From Tortispora ganteri (lineage: Eukaryota), in the NCBI GenBank assembly GCA_003707115.1, contig PPNB01000002.1, positions 1-64,000 on the forward strand: a stretch of 64,000 bases of DNA, written 5' to 3'. Of the stretch, positions 53,348-64,000 are shown piece after piece. The position numbers were made by a program, and so were the translations under genes. Numbering within the stretch: position 1 is the first letter of the stretch; each line of letters opens with the position of its first letter. The notes beneath the pieces were generated by a model, which was not told the origin of the DNA, searched no databases, and saw only the letters and a program-made list of their open reading frames with translations.

Positions 53348-54401
53348 GTGGACTTACTGAATAGAATGCGACGATCGCCAAGCGACGTCAAAACTGTACG
53401 TATATCAAACGGCGCTCTACAGAGAATGTAGGTGCAAGCGAGGAAAACTGGTAACAAATAATGATAAAACACTGTATAAAAACAAAGCCAGGAATGATCA
53501 ATAAGATTTAAATTGGCGTGCAAGCTAATTACAGCAGTAGTGGTTCGAGCGTGAAGAGCTGCCGGTCGAGATAAAGTGAAGTTAGATAATAAGGTTTTCC
53601 GACAAATCCATCCTCAGATTTCAGGACGGACTCGAAAATTTCCATAAACTAATAGTCTTATAGTATTATCAGTATTAGAAGATTATTATATATCTGAAAA
53701 CATCTTTTAAAATATTTATAAAGCTTTAGATCAATGTATATCGAAACATCAAGTTGTAATAGAAGGTGCCAGGATAGAAGTTACTTGCAGTTGGGTAATA
53801 ATTATACTGATATTAATATTTAAAAGAGTGTGAGGAAATTTTCTTTTCCCTTAGCCAACCTCTTCAGTAAAACCGAAGATATGAGAAGTCTTTTATTAGA
53901 ATATGGCCTTTCTGTACAAGGTTTCTCATATATTTTCTTTTAAAGGTAAGTTAGTATTATTATATAATGATGACAGAATTTGGTATCTTTCCTACAGTCT
54001 GATTCGACCTAGATGACATATGGTTGGCTTTATACGCTTTTTCTTTTAAGTATTTAGCCTTACTAAGCCAGTATTTTCAAGTCTGAATTGTTTCATTTAA
54101 AAAATAAAAGAATATTTCTAACTTTTATAGTTGAGGCGAAGCTCGGAATAGAATATTTAAAATTATTTTAATCTTTTTCAAGCAAGTCAGATGATGAGAA
54201 ATTCCATTAAACATTCGCAGTTTCCTCGGTAGTAGATCGCTTGAACCCAATTCTTAGATCTATCTGTGACCGCCAATGTCCTTCCTGGGATGTCTGATGT
54301 CTTGTTGTTAAATAAAAATATTAAAATAAATATACATAAATCATAATCTATCGTAAGTATTCGTATCGTCATGCGCACTTGCAGTGTCTTTGCGTGCGTC
54401 G

Positions 54402-55601
54402 TCAAGACCGCAGTCTGCCTAATCCATCTGTAGCGTAGTAAGTCATCGGATACACGTCTGACCATGCAGGCTCTTCACCGAACGCAATAGTCGCTTCATA
54501 GGGCGACAATAATGGTCGGGGGAATGCATAACCCCAGTCAATAGACAACCGCGGGCATGCCACCTGCACCCAGGCATCAACGGTATCGAATAATGCGATC
54601 TTGTCAGGGAAGATTTCAGAAAGTAGAATGAGCACAGTTTTTTTGCCTTTATTCTCAATAAGCTCTCTAATATGTTTGACAGTGTTATTATTGCCCTGTC
54701 TGCCGAGCGTGCCCATTATAATTCCGACTGTGTTGGCCCGACGCGCAATAGATATCGCAGATCGTCGCAGAGAGTGCATCTCCTGAAAGTCATAACTTTC
54801 TTGAGTAAACTTGCGTGAATACGGATCATAGCTGTAGGCTGGTATCTCTGGGTTATGGATCATCATGGACTCTAAATGAAACCTGCCATCGCCAACATAC
54901 ACAATGACGGTCTTCGAATCATCCCCTGTAGTCAGCCTGGGTGACGTGCAGCCCAGAATTTCGCCCTTAGACAGTGGTGCAGCTTGAGGAACAATTACAG
55001 TGCGTCCAGGTGCCTTCTGTGGCAGTTCTCTTCTCAATGCTTGAATAGTAGGGTTGAACTGTATTGTACCAACCAGTACTATTGTGTGACCAGGGCCAAA
55101 GTTCAGGGCCAATGTGTTGATCAGATGATCCCGATCAACGGCTATGGTAACAAATATATAGAGAATTTTAATACCTTTAGTGACTTCTAAGGGTATTAAA
55201 CAAGAATGCGCATAATGCACCATCATGTCGCAATTTAACGCTTTTGCAGTGTAGTCGTCCACGCAACAAGCACCGTATGTTACATCGCCCATCACCACTA
55301 CATCCTGCACTGTTGGACAAAATTGTTCTATGATATCAGCGATCGTGCATGCAAATATTAGTAAACCCTCTGGCATTTGAAGAGCTACACGTTTAGCCTC
55401 CTGTTTGCGCACGTTGAACACGGTCTTATAGATTTCGAAATCATAGTTCTTCGGCAGGATCGAAATAGCTTTCTGTAGATCCTCATCATTTAAGATGTCG
55501 TCGGGAATTTGAGAAACCAACCGAGCTTTTCTCTGTGTAACAAGCTGAGAATCTGCTGCTTTTCGTCCAATGAATCGCCGAGTTTTACTGTCGGACGTCA
55601 T
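54402..55601 (-). CDS. DPH1: Diphthamide synthesis protein Dph1
   Basis: [54 protein letters not shown]. Confidence 0.96.
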   Translation of the reverse strand: MTSDSKTRRFIGRKAADSQLVTQRKARLVSQIPDDILNDEDLQKAISILPKNYDFEIYKTVFNVRKQEAKRVALQMPEGLLIFACTIADIIEQFCPTVQDVVVMGDVTYGACCVDDYTAKALNCDMMVHYAHSCLIPLEVTKGIKILYIFVTIAVDRDHLINTLALNFGPGHTIVLVGTIQFNPTIQALRRELPQKAPGRTVIVPQAAPLSKGEILGCTSPRLTTGDDSKTVIVYVGDGRFHLESMMIHNPEIPAYSYDPYSRKFTQESYDFQEMHSLRRSAISIARRANTVGIIMGTLGRQGNNNTVKHIRELIENKGKKTVLILLSEIFPDKIALFDTVDAWVQVACPRLSIDWGYAFPRPLLSPYEATIAFGEEPAWSDVYPMTYYATDGLGRLRS

Positions 55602-55753
55602 GATTAGTCAAAGTGTAAGAAGTTTTCAATCTATGGCAATATATGAAAACACCTCCCAACCCAACCACAGAGATACTCATTCAGCGGATGTCAACGTTTT
55701 ATTAACAATTGATCTACTACTTCTCATTGTAATGATCTGAATTTTTTTTTATT

Positions 55754-57025
55754 TTACATAAAATCTTTCAGTCGTCGTAGTCGGCGAACAGCTTCGTCTA
55801 AGTAATCATCATCCTTGCAAACGGCAAACCTAAGGTATGTCTCAGCCATGTGTGCGTGCTCCGGTATGTAGAATTCAGTCGGTGGAACCGCTACTACACC
55901 AAATTCGCGTATCAGCCAGTAAGACATTCTAAAATCATCGGCACGACCTTCCTTGACATCTTCAGGAAATTCGTAGTCTTTTGGGTACTTGACTTTGGAG
56001 AAATCAACCAAAACAAAGTATCCTCCTTCTGGAACAGCATATGCCATACCAAGTTCCTCCCACAAGGCATTAAATCTCCTAAATTTTTGCTTGTACAGTT
56101 CCACCTGATCTTCAAAATATTGGTCAGCTTTCGAGCTATTCAGTGCATTAGCTACAGCTTCCTGCAATGGTGATACACTGGAGAAACAGATACGCGTGTG
56201 CGCGGCCGCAGCCCACTTAATGAGATGGGGCTCGCCTATCAACCAGCCTATACGCCAGCCAGTAGCAGCAAACGTCTTACCAGCCGAACCAACAGAAATA
56301 GTTCGTGCAGAAATCTCCGGGCTTAGTGTCGCAATCCTAGTAAAGGGCTTATAGTATAGCCGGTCGTACACTTCATCCGACAGGATAAGAAAGTTATGCT
56401 TGATAGCCAAGTCACCGATGCGTAAAAGCTCTTCCTTGGAGAAAACCTTACCAACAGGATTATGCGGAGAATTTAACACTATCATGCGTGTTCTAGGAGT
56501 AATGGCATCTTCTAGCTCTTTGAAGTCAATTGACCATTCACCCGCTGAATGGACTCGCTTTTGAGCATCAGCCGGTGGGTGCAATGGCACATAGACCGGC
56601 TTCCCACCTGGAAGAATAATATTCGAGATGTACTGGTCAAAGAAAGGCTCAAAAACTATGACTTCATCGTCTGCATCAAGGAAAGCAGTAAACACGGAGT
56701 ACATTCCTTCGTTAGCCCCTGAGGTGATGACAACTTCAGTTTCCGGATCGATCGCTCTGCCATACCATGGGGCATATGCCTTCGCAAGGGCAGATCGTAG
56801 GCTCATTCTTCCACGAGTAGGCGAATACTGATTAAGCATTGGGACATCTAATGCATCTTTCGCGGCCTGTATGGCAAAATCTGGTGGAGAATACGAAAAG
56901 AATCCTTGGCCCAGGTTAATAACCGGCTTTCCAGATTCCTTTTCCATTGCGGCTCCAGCTTCATTGACTATCGACCAGACGTCTTTAGACTGATTCGACA
57001 CATGTGATGAGGGTTGAGGAAGCAT
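55754..57025 (-). CDS. BNA3: Kynurenine aminotransferase (PLP class I); in-frame upstream ATG at 57160 possible
   Basis: DVWS, INLGQGFF, EPFFDQY, NSPHNPVGK, SDEVY, SAGKTFAATGWRIGW, RFAVCK. Confidence 0.92.
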   Translation of the reverse strand: MLPQPSSHVSNQSKDVWSIVNEAGAAMEKESGKPVINLGQGFFSYSPPDFAIQAAKDALDVPMLNQYSPTRGRMSLRSALAKAYAPWYGRAIDPETEVVITSGANEGMYSVFTAFLDADDEVIVFEPFFDQYISNIILPGGKPVYVPLHPPADAQKRVHSAGEWSIDFKELEDAITPRTRMIVLNSPHNPVGKVFSKEELLRIGDLAIKHNFLILSDEVYDRLYYKPFTRIATLSPEISARTISVGSAGKTFAATGWRIGWLIGEPHLIKWAAAAHTRICFSSVSPLQEAVANALNSSKADQYFEDQVELYKQKFRRFNALWEELGMAYAVPEGGYFVLVDFSKVKYPKDYEFPEDVKEGRADDFRMSYWLIREFGVVAVPPTEFYIPEHAHMAETYLRFAVCKDDDYLDEAVRRLRRLKDFM

Positions 57026-58820
57026 TATATCTGTTGCAGAAGCTTTACTGAAGTGTCTTAACTGATATTTCAGCAGTATTTTTGTTCTAATGAACAGATC
57101 TCTATGTGGCGGTCGACGAGTGGTAGTCACGCAAGTGCTGAGATTCCGTCCAAGAAGCATCTGGATGTCATAAGATTTGAGGCCCATGATTGGCTGGACG
57201 ATGGGTTCCACGGCTTGCGTAATAGTAAAAATACCGCGGCCCGAATAGAATCCACTCGCTCTAGAGTGGCTTACTAAGAAATATTAGTAAATATACACGT
57301 AATGCGTGTATGATAACTGTGGCACGATTAACTATTCAGTAACTATCGAAAAGTGTGTGCACTGTCTGCGCGATCGAAATCACCGAAAACGGTAGGGTCA
57401 GACTTCAGGTTTGATTACGCTTGTCAATAATCCCCACCAGTTAGAATATATAGGAGTTTTAAAGTTCACCTCTAATAAGTAAGCACTTATGAGTTAACTT
57501 TACCGATGGGCTCATATACTCCTGCTGCTGTTGAAACTGAAATGCGGATACCTACGTGCCGTGAGAATAGCTGCAGGTCTATTAATTAATGTGACACAAT
57601 TGTTCAAGTACGTCTCATAATATCACAGTAATCCATCTGATTTTATTCAGTATCATCATACTGTGCGAGTTCAAAACAGTGCATTGTGATACGAAGAATG
57701 CTGTAAACAAAGTTGAAGAACCAACTAGGAAATACATAAGTAGATTGTTCCCATTGTTTAGTCTCAAAAGCTCGGTAATATTATAGCGTGCCACTTATTC
57801 ATATTGAAGCTATTGATTAAGATATATCTTTTGCTAGATATACAATGAATGAGCACAGTATTGAGACAGAGTTTCGTGATATGTGAGTATTTTTATCGCA
57901 GCCGCATTTCAATTAAAGTGCGCCAATTCACAAACTGTCTCAACGCTATAGAACTATGCAAACCATATTTTCGAGGACTTAAACATAAAAGACTAAAAGG
58001 ATCAGTATATATGTGTATTTAGAGAGTTCATAAAAAGTTATAGAGTTGAATGACCTATAACAACATTCAATCACATACATTCTTGCCCATCGTTACTAAG
58101 ACAACAATAACACATAAGGTTTTAAAATTGTCCACTTACCCAATTGGCTAGGCGCCATGTCCGTACTGAGGGGTAACCCTCTTACCCTACATACATTCAC
58201 ATACCCTCATATGGTATAATCCTTCTTCCCTCTTTTAGCACTGTATTCTTTTTCATCATCGTGACAGTTCTTACATTGGTTAAACATTAAGGACTATAAA
58301 TCTCATTTTTATAAAACCGTCGAAATCTGTTATTTTCTTGTCTTGCAATAAGAACAACCGTATAACTCTTTCTTCTTGATCCTATATTTTATAGCAACCA
58401 AACCCCCCTTTTAGGTACTATAACTATCAAGGTCAAAATTTCCTTTTTGAGCAAGATTCGCTTGACTTAATAACTTACCTACTCTTCTACCCATCAGTTA
58501 TATTGCGTGGCATAAGAAGAAGTAATCTTCTAACTATTAAGTATTAATTTCTTTTCTGAAAGAAATTAGATATCCGAACCGAATACATTTACCTGCTGAG
58601 GCGCTCCTATTTCTTCGCCACCTACTGCCGTTGACCCGTGCTTTTTCTGCCGGCCTAGCTGGACTAATAAACAAACCACAACAGAAGGCAAAATAGCAGT
58701 TCAAACCCGCGACAACGACAACTCTATCATCGATATAAAAATATAAATATCGAAACATTCTTGAGCATTTTATTGAGCCCCTATTTCAAATAATCAAAAA
58801 CAGACAGTATTCTCTCTCTG

Positions 58821-58841
58821 TTTTTTTTTTTTTTTTTTTTT
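58821..58841 (+). repeat. Poly(dT) tract (about 21 nt) upstream of MCM1
   Basis: Read directly; such tracts commonly exclude nucleosomes. Confidence 0.85.
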
Positions 58842-59181
58842 GGGCTGTTCGATCAAATCGCATCTCGTTTATTTTAGGAAACCGCTTGCACTTCTTTGTT
58901 TTACCCCTTTTATATCCGCGCACTGAAAGTGGAAATTAAGGGTCCTACCACTTTACTTCTTTCTCTTGCTTCCGGATATCAGTTTCTACTTATATCGACA
59001 ACCTGCAGGAAATCTTTTCGAACTACAATCATACCAAGCTAAATCAAGAAAGTACAGAATTAGAGCAACACCAATACTGTTTACCTCTATCAATTGAATA
59101 CAAAAACAAATCAAACCGTTCGTGACACCTCCGTCTCAATATTTTTAACTGATTATAGTCTGACATCCCTAGCTTAAAAAA

Positions 59182-59922
59182 ATGTCTACTGCCGCACCTA
59201 ACGAGATATCTATGAACGAAGTTCCGGACGTTGCTGTTCCTGGGCAAGAGCAAGACCTTTCTTCGCATATGAAACCTGAAGACGGCCTTGATGATGATGA
59301 TACAGAAAAAGGTTCGCGTGAAAGACGCAAGATTGAAATCAAGTTCATCAAGGACAAATCTAGGCGCCATATCACTTTTAGCAAACGTAAAGCAGGTATA
59401 ATGAAGAAAGCGTACGAGCTTTCAGTTCTCACTGGCACGCAGGTCCTTCTTTTGGTTGTTTCGGAAACTGGGTTGGTATACACCTTCACTACACCGAAAC
59501 TTCAACCGCTCGTGACTAAACCAGAAGGAAAAGCGCTCATTCAAACTTGTCTCAATGCCCCAGAAGAGCCTATCGATCAAGGTAACAATAATGCTTCTCA
59601 ATATGCTCCGCAGTTACCTCCTCAACGATTATCACAATCTAACCTGCCTACGCAGGTGAACCCCCAAATGACAGCTCACGCGCAAATGCAGCAGTCTGCT
59701 TCAATGGGTCAGCAGCGTCAAGCGATGCAGCAACAAGCGCATGCTCAGCAGATGCCAAGACATATTCAACAAGGTAATCAGACCGCTTCTGGTGCCCGTT
59801 CCAGTGTTAACCAGCAATCAGCTGCCGGTGTATCTCAGTATTTACCGACTGATCAGGCTTATCGATACTTGGCTTCTATGCCTCCCCACCAGCAGCGCTA
59901 CATGCAGAACGATGGAATGTAA
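59182..59922 (+). CDS. MCM1: SRF-type MADS-box transcription factor Mcm1
   Basis: ERRKIEIKFI-DKSRRHITFSKRKAGIMKKAYELSVLTGTQVLLLVVSETGLVYTF; Gln-rich tail. Confidence 0.97.
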   Translation: MSTAAPNEISMNEVPDVAVPGQEQDLSSHMKPEDGLDDDDTEKGSRERRKIEIKFIKDKSRRHITFSKRKAGIMKKAYELSVLTGTQVLLLVVSETGLVYTFTTPKLQPLVTKPEGKALIQTCLNAPEEPIDQGNNNASQYAPQLPPQRLSQSNLPTQVNPQMTAHAQMQQSASMGQQRQAMQQQAHAQQMPRHIQQGNQTASGARSSVNQQSAAGVSQYLPTDQAYRYLASMPPHQQRYMQNDGM

Positions 59923-60498
59923 TTCTAGCGCTCTTCTCATCCTGTTGGCCTGCCACCCGGACCGTGCGTAAAGTATTACTTTATTCACTAACCTCCTACG
60001 CGTTCAAGTGTACAGTCCTAATTTCATGCACTCATGCGAACATTCTGTGGGCATTTCTCTATATTTAAATTTCATAGTATGTTAGTTATTCATTTTAGTC
60101 ACCATATGTTAATCCGCGCAGCCGGTTGCATTAGTCACTTCCCAATATCAGTAAAGTCACATTTATTACTTAATTAAATCACTCTTAAATTTCTTTTAAG
60201 CGAAAATTTAATCAAATGACTCAATTAACTAATAACTCGATGATCATTGCCATATTCGGAGACCGACGCAAACTGCTTTCTTGTTCAAGCAACTCCCAAG
60301 TGGTCATTGAGCCTCATTAACCTCAATAGTTCACCATTTCACGCGTCAGGTAGATCATTTCCTGAATGGGGTTTTACTTTTTACAGCACAGATTATGATT
60401 TAATATCCAAAAAAAAAAAAAAAATACACACTAGTAATTTCATATGATAACAGGCAAGATTTCTAACAATCTTAATTCCATTTAAATATCGTAAATCA

Positions 60499-63400
60499 TT
60501 ATTCATCAACACTGTGAAGATTCTGGTCGTTTCCGGACAATTTGTTCTTGCGAGTCGGAAACTTCATGCGCTGCGACAATGGCTTGCTTTGCTTGTACAC
60601 TGAGCGTTCAATAGCACTTAGCACCTCTGATGCACGTGGCTCTAATTCATTACCATCATGGTCTTGATCTTCAGCAGTTTCTGTTTTCCTCTTTGTACGC
60701 TCGTCTCGCCATTTTTTCATCGTAAACTTATCCACAACGCTTTCTTTCAGCTTTTCACCCATAGGTTTCTGGCCAAGTTCTTTCTCGAGCTCTTCCGCCT
60801 GCATCAAGTCATCATAATATCCAAGTTTCACACGTTCACGTATTATATCAACGTCTTTCGGAAAAAACACAGTAGAAACCGATTTGAAAAAGAAACTTGG
60901 ACACAAACATGCCGTTACGGCAATGAAAATTAAAGCCCAAAAACTCAGGGCACCATACACTCGAGGAGCCGCTCCGTAAAACATTGCAGAATAGGTTGAA
61001 GTGGAGTAAACACCTGTCCAGAAAAATAGAATGAGAATTGAAAATGCTTGAAGCCCAATAGTGATACCATCCCATCGGTACTGATTGAGCAGAACATAAA
61101 CATCACAAGCAATGATGGCACCAGTGGCAACATAAACACCAAGGAAGTATGCAGTGTCAATTGCGTATCCCGACTGAGTAACAATCCCTAGACTGCCTTC
61201 GAACAGTCCATACATGAAAAAGAAACACACTGCAGACTGATAAACACCGTCAAGCATGTACATCCAAAATCTCAGTGGGGTCCAATCCAGACCCAGAATT
61301 CCACGCCTATAAAGACGTGGCTCAGCAATAGCCACTGCATCGGGTACATCCTGATCTAACACGCCAAGAACAATAATTGGAAGCGAAGTAAACGCAAGAT
61401 TGACTAATGTCAAATAGGTATAGTCATACAAGTAGGAACCATCAAATTGATTAAATATCTGGTACCAGAAGGAGGTAATTGTAAAGAACAGATTTTTGTA
61501 AAAAAAGTTTGGAAGCATCTCTGCAATTCTGTGATAGCACCAGCGCCCATGAACAAGCACCAAACGTTGTAGAAATCGAAATTGACCAATAGCATAATCC
61601 GCAGACATTACAGCTTGACGTCCTTCAACACCTGCAATACCAATACCAACATCAGCAGTTTGAATCATCGCAACATCATTAGCACCATCACCAATAGAGA
61701 GAGTCATGACCTGAAAATTCTTTCGCACTGCTTTCACAACAGCAGCTTTCTGTGCCGGTGAAACACGACAGCATAAAACAGAGGCACACTGCTTGCTAAG
61801 GATCAGAAACCTCTGAATAACATCGTCATGTAAAGCACATTTGAGAGTATCCCCATCAATCACAAGGGCATGAGTTGCTGAGGGAGAAGAGTGGTCAGAT
61901 TTAGCTTTTTGGAATAGCTCTTCGCTATATTCCATTCCAAACGACTGCAACAGATATTCATCAATCACTTCTCCGACATGGTCGGTAGTGAGATCTTTAC
62001 CTTCCATTTGCAAAATCAAAACCTCCATATCCATGGAGATCAAATTGCATGAATATCCAATATTAATTGCAGTTTCAACCTTATCACCGGTAAGCACCCA
62101 AACTTTGATGCCAGCTTCTTCAAGTTTGGCGATAGTATCAGGTACACCATCCTGCAACCTATCTTCAATTGCAGTACCACCAATTAGCGTAAGGTTCGTT
62201 TCAATCATGCTAGCCGCCTCTTCGAGTTTATCATCACGATTCTCAATACTGGTGGCCGCTTCTTTGTGAATAATTGACCATTTATTATATTCACTCTGTG
62301 AGATTTCTCTTTCAGCAATGCAAAGAGTACGTAAACCTTCAATGGCGTAATTCTCTAAATCTTGGTAAGTTTTTTCGGTAATGTCAACAACTTGTTCCTC
62401 AGCAAGGCGGCTCTTAATGACGGAGTCCGCACCCTTGCAAATCAATAGAATTTTCCCTGTATCGGGCATTCTAACAATAACTGACATACGCTTTCGTGTA
62501 GAGTTAAACTCAAGAATAGCCAAAATATGGTATTCAATCCGCTGACCTAACACATCAATAATCACGCCTTTCTGAGTGCGCTCAATAAGTGCGAATCCAA
62601 GGTCACGAGCAGTAGAGACGAGCGCCTCTTCGTCAGGGCTTTGCGCTTTGTAATCAAGGGGCTCGATATTTTCAGCGCCTTCAGCAGGATACTCAGAACT
62701 AGTTAAAACGGAGTGACAAATGGCCAAACTTAGCATAAAATGATAATTTGCCTTGGCTTGAGCATCACCATTAGCTCCAGAGAGATCTCGCGCAAAATCG
62801 CTGGAAATGAAAGTCAGACGGTCCTGTCGGAATTGAGGGTTTTTGTAAATTTTCTGTAGTTCGTTGGTCATTTCAATCTTATCATTGGCAATAATTTCAG
62901 CCATACGTTTGCCTTGAGCTACCACGTCAATTCCTCTTCGCTTTTCCAAGCCAGCTAAAGCTTCGGTGTAAGCAAGTCCATAAGTCACACCATTGATTGT
63001 GCATTTTTTAAACTCCATCTTGTTTTGCGTTAAAGTGCCGGTTTTGTCTGAGAAAATATATTCTATCTGTCCAAGGTCGTCAGAAATGTTCCAGGATTTC
63101 GGAGTGCAAGGATAGTCAATAGCATCATAATACATAAGGCAGTCAGAATATATGAAAAATGCTTGAATAGTTTTCACAATCTCAATAGATATATACAAAG
63201 ATATCGGTACCAGAGATTGAAATAAGATGACAGCGACAATAAACGTAATAGCACCTGCACCTGCCGGTCCACCACCAATAACGCCAAAGTCAAAGTAGTC
63301 ACCACTTGTCCCTTCTTTGGCAATGTAAATTCCATTTATTAAGCCCTGGATAAAACATAGTGCGAACAGTACAACAAAATTGTAAATAACATATGAATTC

Positions 63401-64000
63401 AAATCTCTCTGAATTTTGGATCGCTTAGAAGGAGTTATTCCCGCGCTAAGCATCACTTTGGTTTCCATACCTGTAAATATGACGACACCGATAACCCACT
63501 CAGTGTTCCTGAGTGAAGAACCTCGCAGAAGCATATTATTTATTGAGATTGGTTCGGATAATTCTTCACGACCATTAACATTCCCTTGCGGATCATGAGT
63601 AATGTTTTCCCAAAACAGAGCTCCGCTGTAGCTGTAAAGATGAGCATTAGGGCCTTCAGATTTAATCCAAAAGCGAGCTCTCTCACAGTCAGAAGCATGC
63701 TTGATAGCTTTAGTAGCCCTCAAAGACTGCCTAACTTTCAGATTTGTTTCACCGTCCAAATTTTTCGTTTCGACATAACAAGCTCCGTCTTCATCAGAGG
63801 TAGAGAGCACAGCAATATCAGCAGGTATCTCATTATCACAATTTATACGAACGATATCTCCAACCCGCACATTTTTCCAATAGTCATATTTAAAATGGGC
63901 GTTGCCGGGTGCAGTTGCATAAGGATCTATTACAGAGGTGACAGGACCTGTTTCTGCGTCAACATGACCTCCAGATTGTGATAAGTAGCGACGACTTGCA
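60499..64000 (-). CDS. DNF1: P4-ATPase phospholipid flippase Dnf1/Dnf2-type, 5' part beyond window
   Basis: DGETNLK, PISLYISIE, DKTGTLT, AQSPDE, TGDK, GDGAND. The frame stays open to the window edge (...HFKYDYWKNVRVGD). Dnf1 versus Dnf2 cannot be resolved. Confidence 0.9.
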   Translation of the reverse strand, partial: ASRRYLSQSGGHVDAETGPVTSVIDPYATAPGNAHFKYDYWKNVRVGDIVRINCDNEIPADIAVLSTSDEDGACYVETKNLDGETNLKVRQSLRATKAIKHASDCERARFWIKSEGPNAHLYSYSGALFWENITHDPQGNVNGREELSEPISINNMLLRGSSLRNTEWVIGVVIFTGMETKVMLSAGITPSKRSKIQRDLNSYVIYNFVVLFALCFIQGLINGIYIAKEGTSGDYFDFGVIGGGPAGAGAITFIVAVILFQSLVPISLYISIEIVKTIQAFFIYSDCLMYYDAIDYPCTPKSWNISDDLGQIEYIFSDKTGTLTQNKMEFKKCTINGVTYGLAYTEALAGLEKRRGIDVVAQGKRMAEIIANDKIEMTNELQKIYKNPQFRQDRLTFISSDFARDLSGANGDAQAKANYHFMLSLAICHSVLTSSEYPAEGAENIEPLDYKAQSPDEEALVSTARDLGFALIERTQKGVIIDVLGQRIEYHILAILEFNSTRKRMSVIVRMPDTGKILLICKGADSVIKSRLAEEQVVDITEKTYQDLENYAIEGLRTLCIAEREISQSEYNKWSIIHKEAATSIENRDDKLEEAASMIETNLTLIGGTAIEDRLQDGVPDTIAKLEEAGIKVWVLTGDKVETAINIGYSCNLISMDMEVLILQMEGKDLTTDHVGEVIDEYLLQSFGMEYSEELFQKAKSDHSSPSATHALVIDGDTLKCALHDDVIQRFLILSKQCASVLCCRVSPAQKAAVVKAVRKNFQVMTLSIGDGANDVAMIQTADVGIGIAGVEGRQAVMSADYAIGQFRFLQRLVLVHGRWCYHRIAEMLPNFFYKNLFFTITSFWYQIFNQFDGSYLYDYTYLTLVNLAFTSLPIIVLGVLDQDVPDAVAIAEPRLYRRGILGLDWTPLRFWMYMLDGVYQSAVCFFFMYGLFEGSLGIVTQSGYAIDTAYFLGVYVATGAIIACDVYVLLNQYRWDGITIGLQAFSILILFFWTGVYSTSTYSAMFYGAAPRVYGALSFWALIFIAVTACLCPSFFFKSVSTVFFPKDVDIIRERVKLGYYDDLMQAEELEKELGQKPMGEKLKESVVDKFTMKKWRDERTKRKTETAEDQDHDGNELEPRASEVLSAIERSVYKQSKPLSQRMKFPTRKNKLSGNDQNLHSVDE

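Noticed and set aside
53353..53358. GTAAGT on the minus strand just upstream of the MFG1 ATG
   Set aside because: No upstream ATG exon or good branch point/acceptor; the ORF is complete without splicing
53966..54090. ATGATGA...CTGA as a possible C/D snoRNA (also ATGATGA near 26707 and 35505)
   Set aside because: No terminal stem, and no rRNA/snRNA complementarity that I could recognise
30955..59922. Apparent concentration of signalling regulators (CRZ1, BCK1, YPD1, MFG1, MCM1) as a functional cluster
   Set aside because: Interspersed with unrelated housekeeping genes; no shared regulatory signature

Overview
This is eukaryotic, gene-dense budding-yeast (Saccharomycotina-type) DNA. It uses the standard code (CTG encodes Leu in the conserved RNR1 motif VSNLHK) and has few, short introns. 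About 30 protein genes are present, mostly housekeeping: YPT6 (partial), a complex I accessory subunit, DHR2, VPS71, SGS1, PKR1, MON1, DOP1, MTQ2, IPA1, RRN3, a FAS1-domain protein, AQY1, RNR1, CRZ1, ATX1, GDH1, RQC1, MET6, BCK1, PTH2, SNU66, AAT1, YPD1, MGS1, MFG1, DPH1, BNA3, MCM1 and a partial DNF1/2 flippase. There is also an adhesin-like gene and an orphan ORF. Three spliced genes are missed or split by the ORF track. The best finding is a box H/ACA snoRNA inside the 213-nt intron of IPA1. Its two pockets match U2 snRNA Psi42 and the LSU rRNA Psi1052 region, which makes it an intron-encoded snR81 homologue. Its U2-guiding strand also forms a decoy branch point/3' splice site. No tRNA, rRNA, CRISPR array or mobile element could be supported. 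All assignments are by eye from recalled family motifs; no searches were run.
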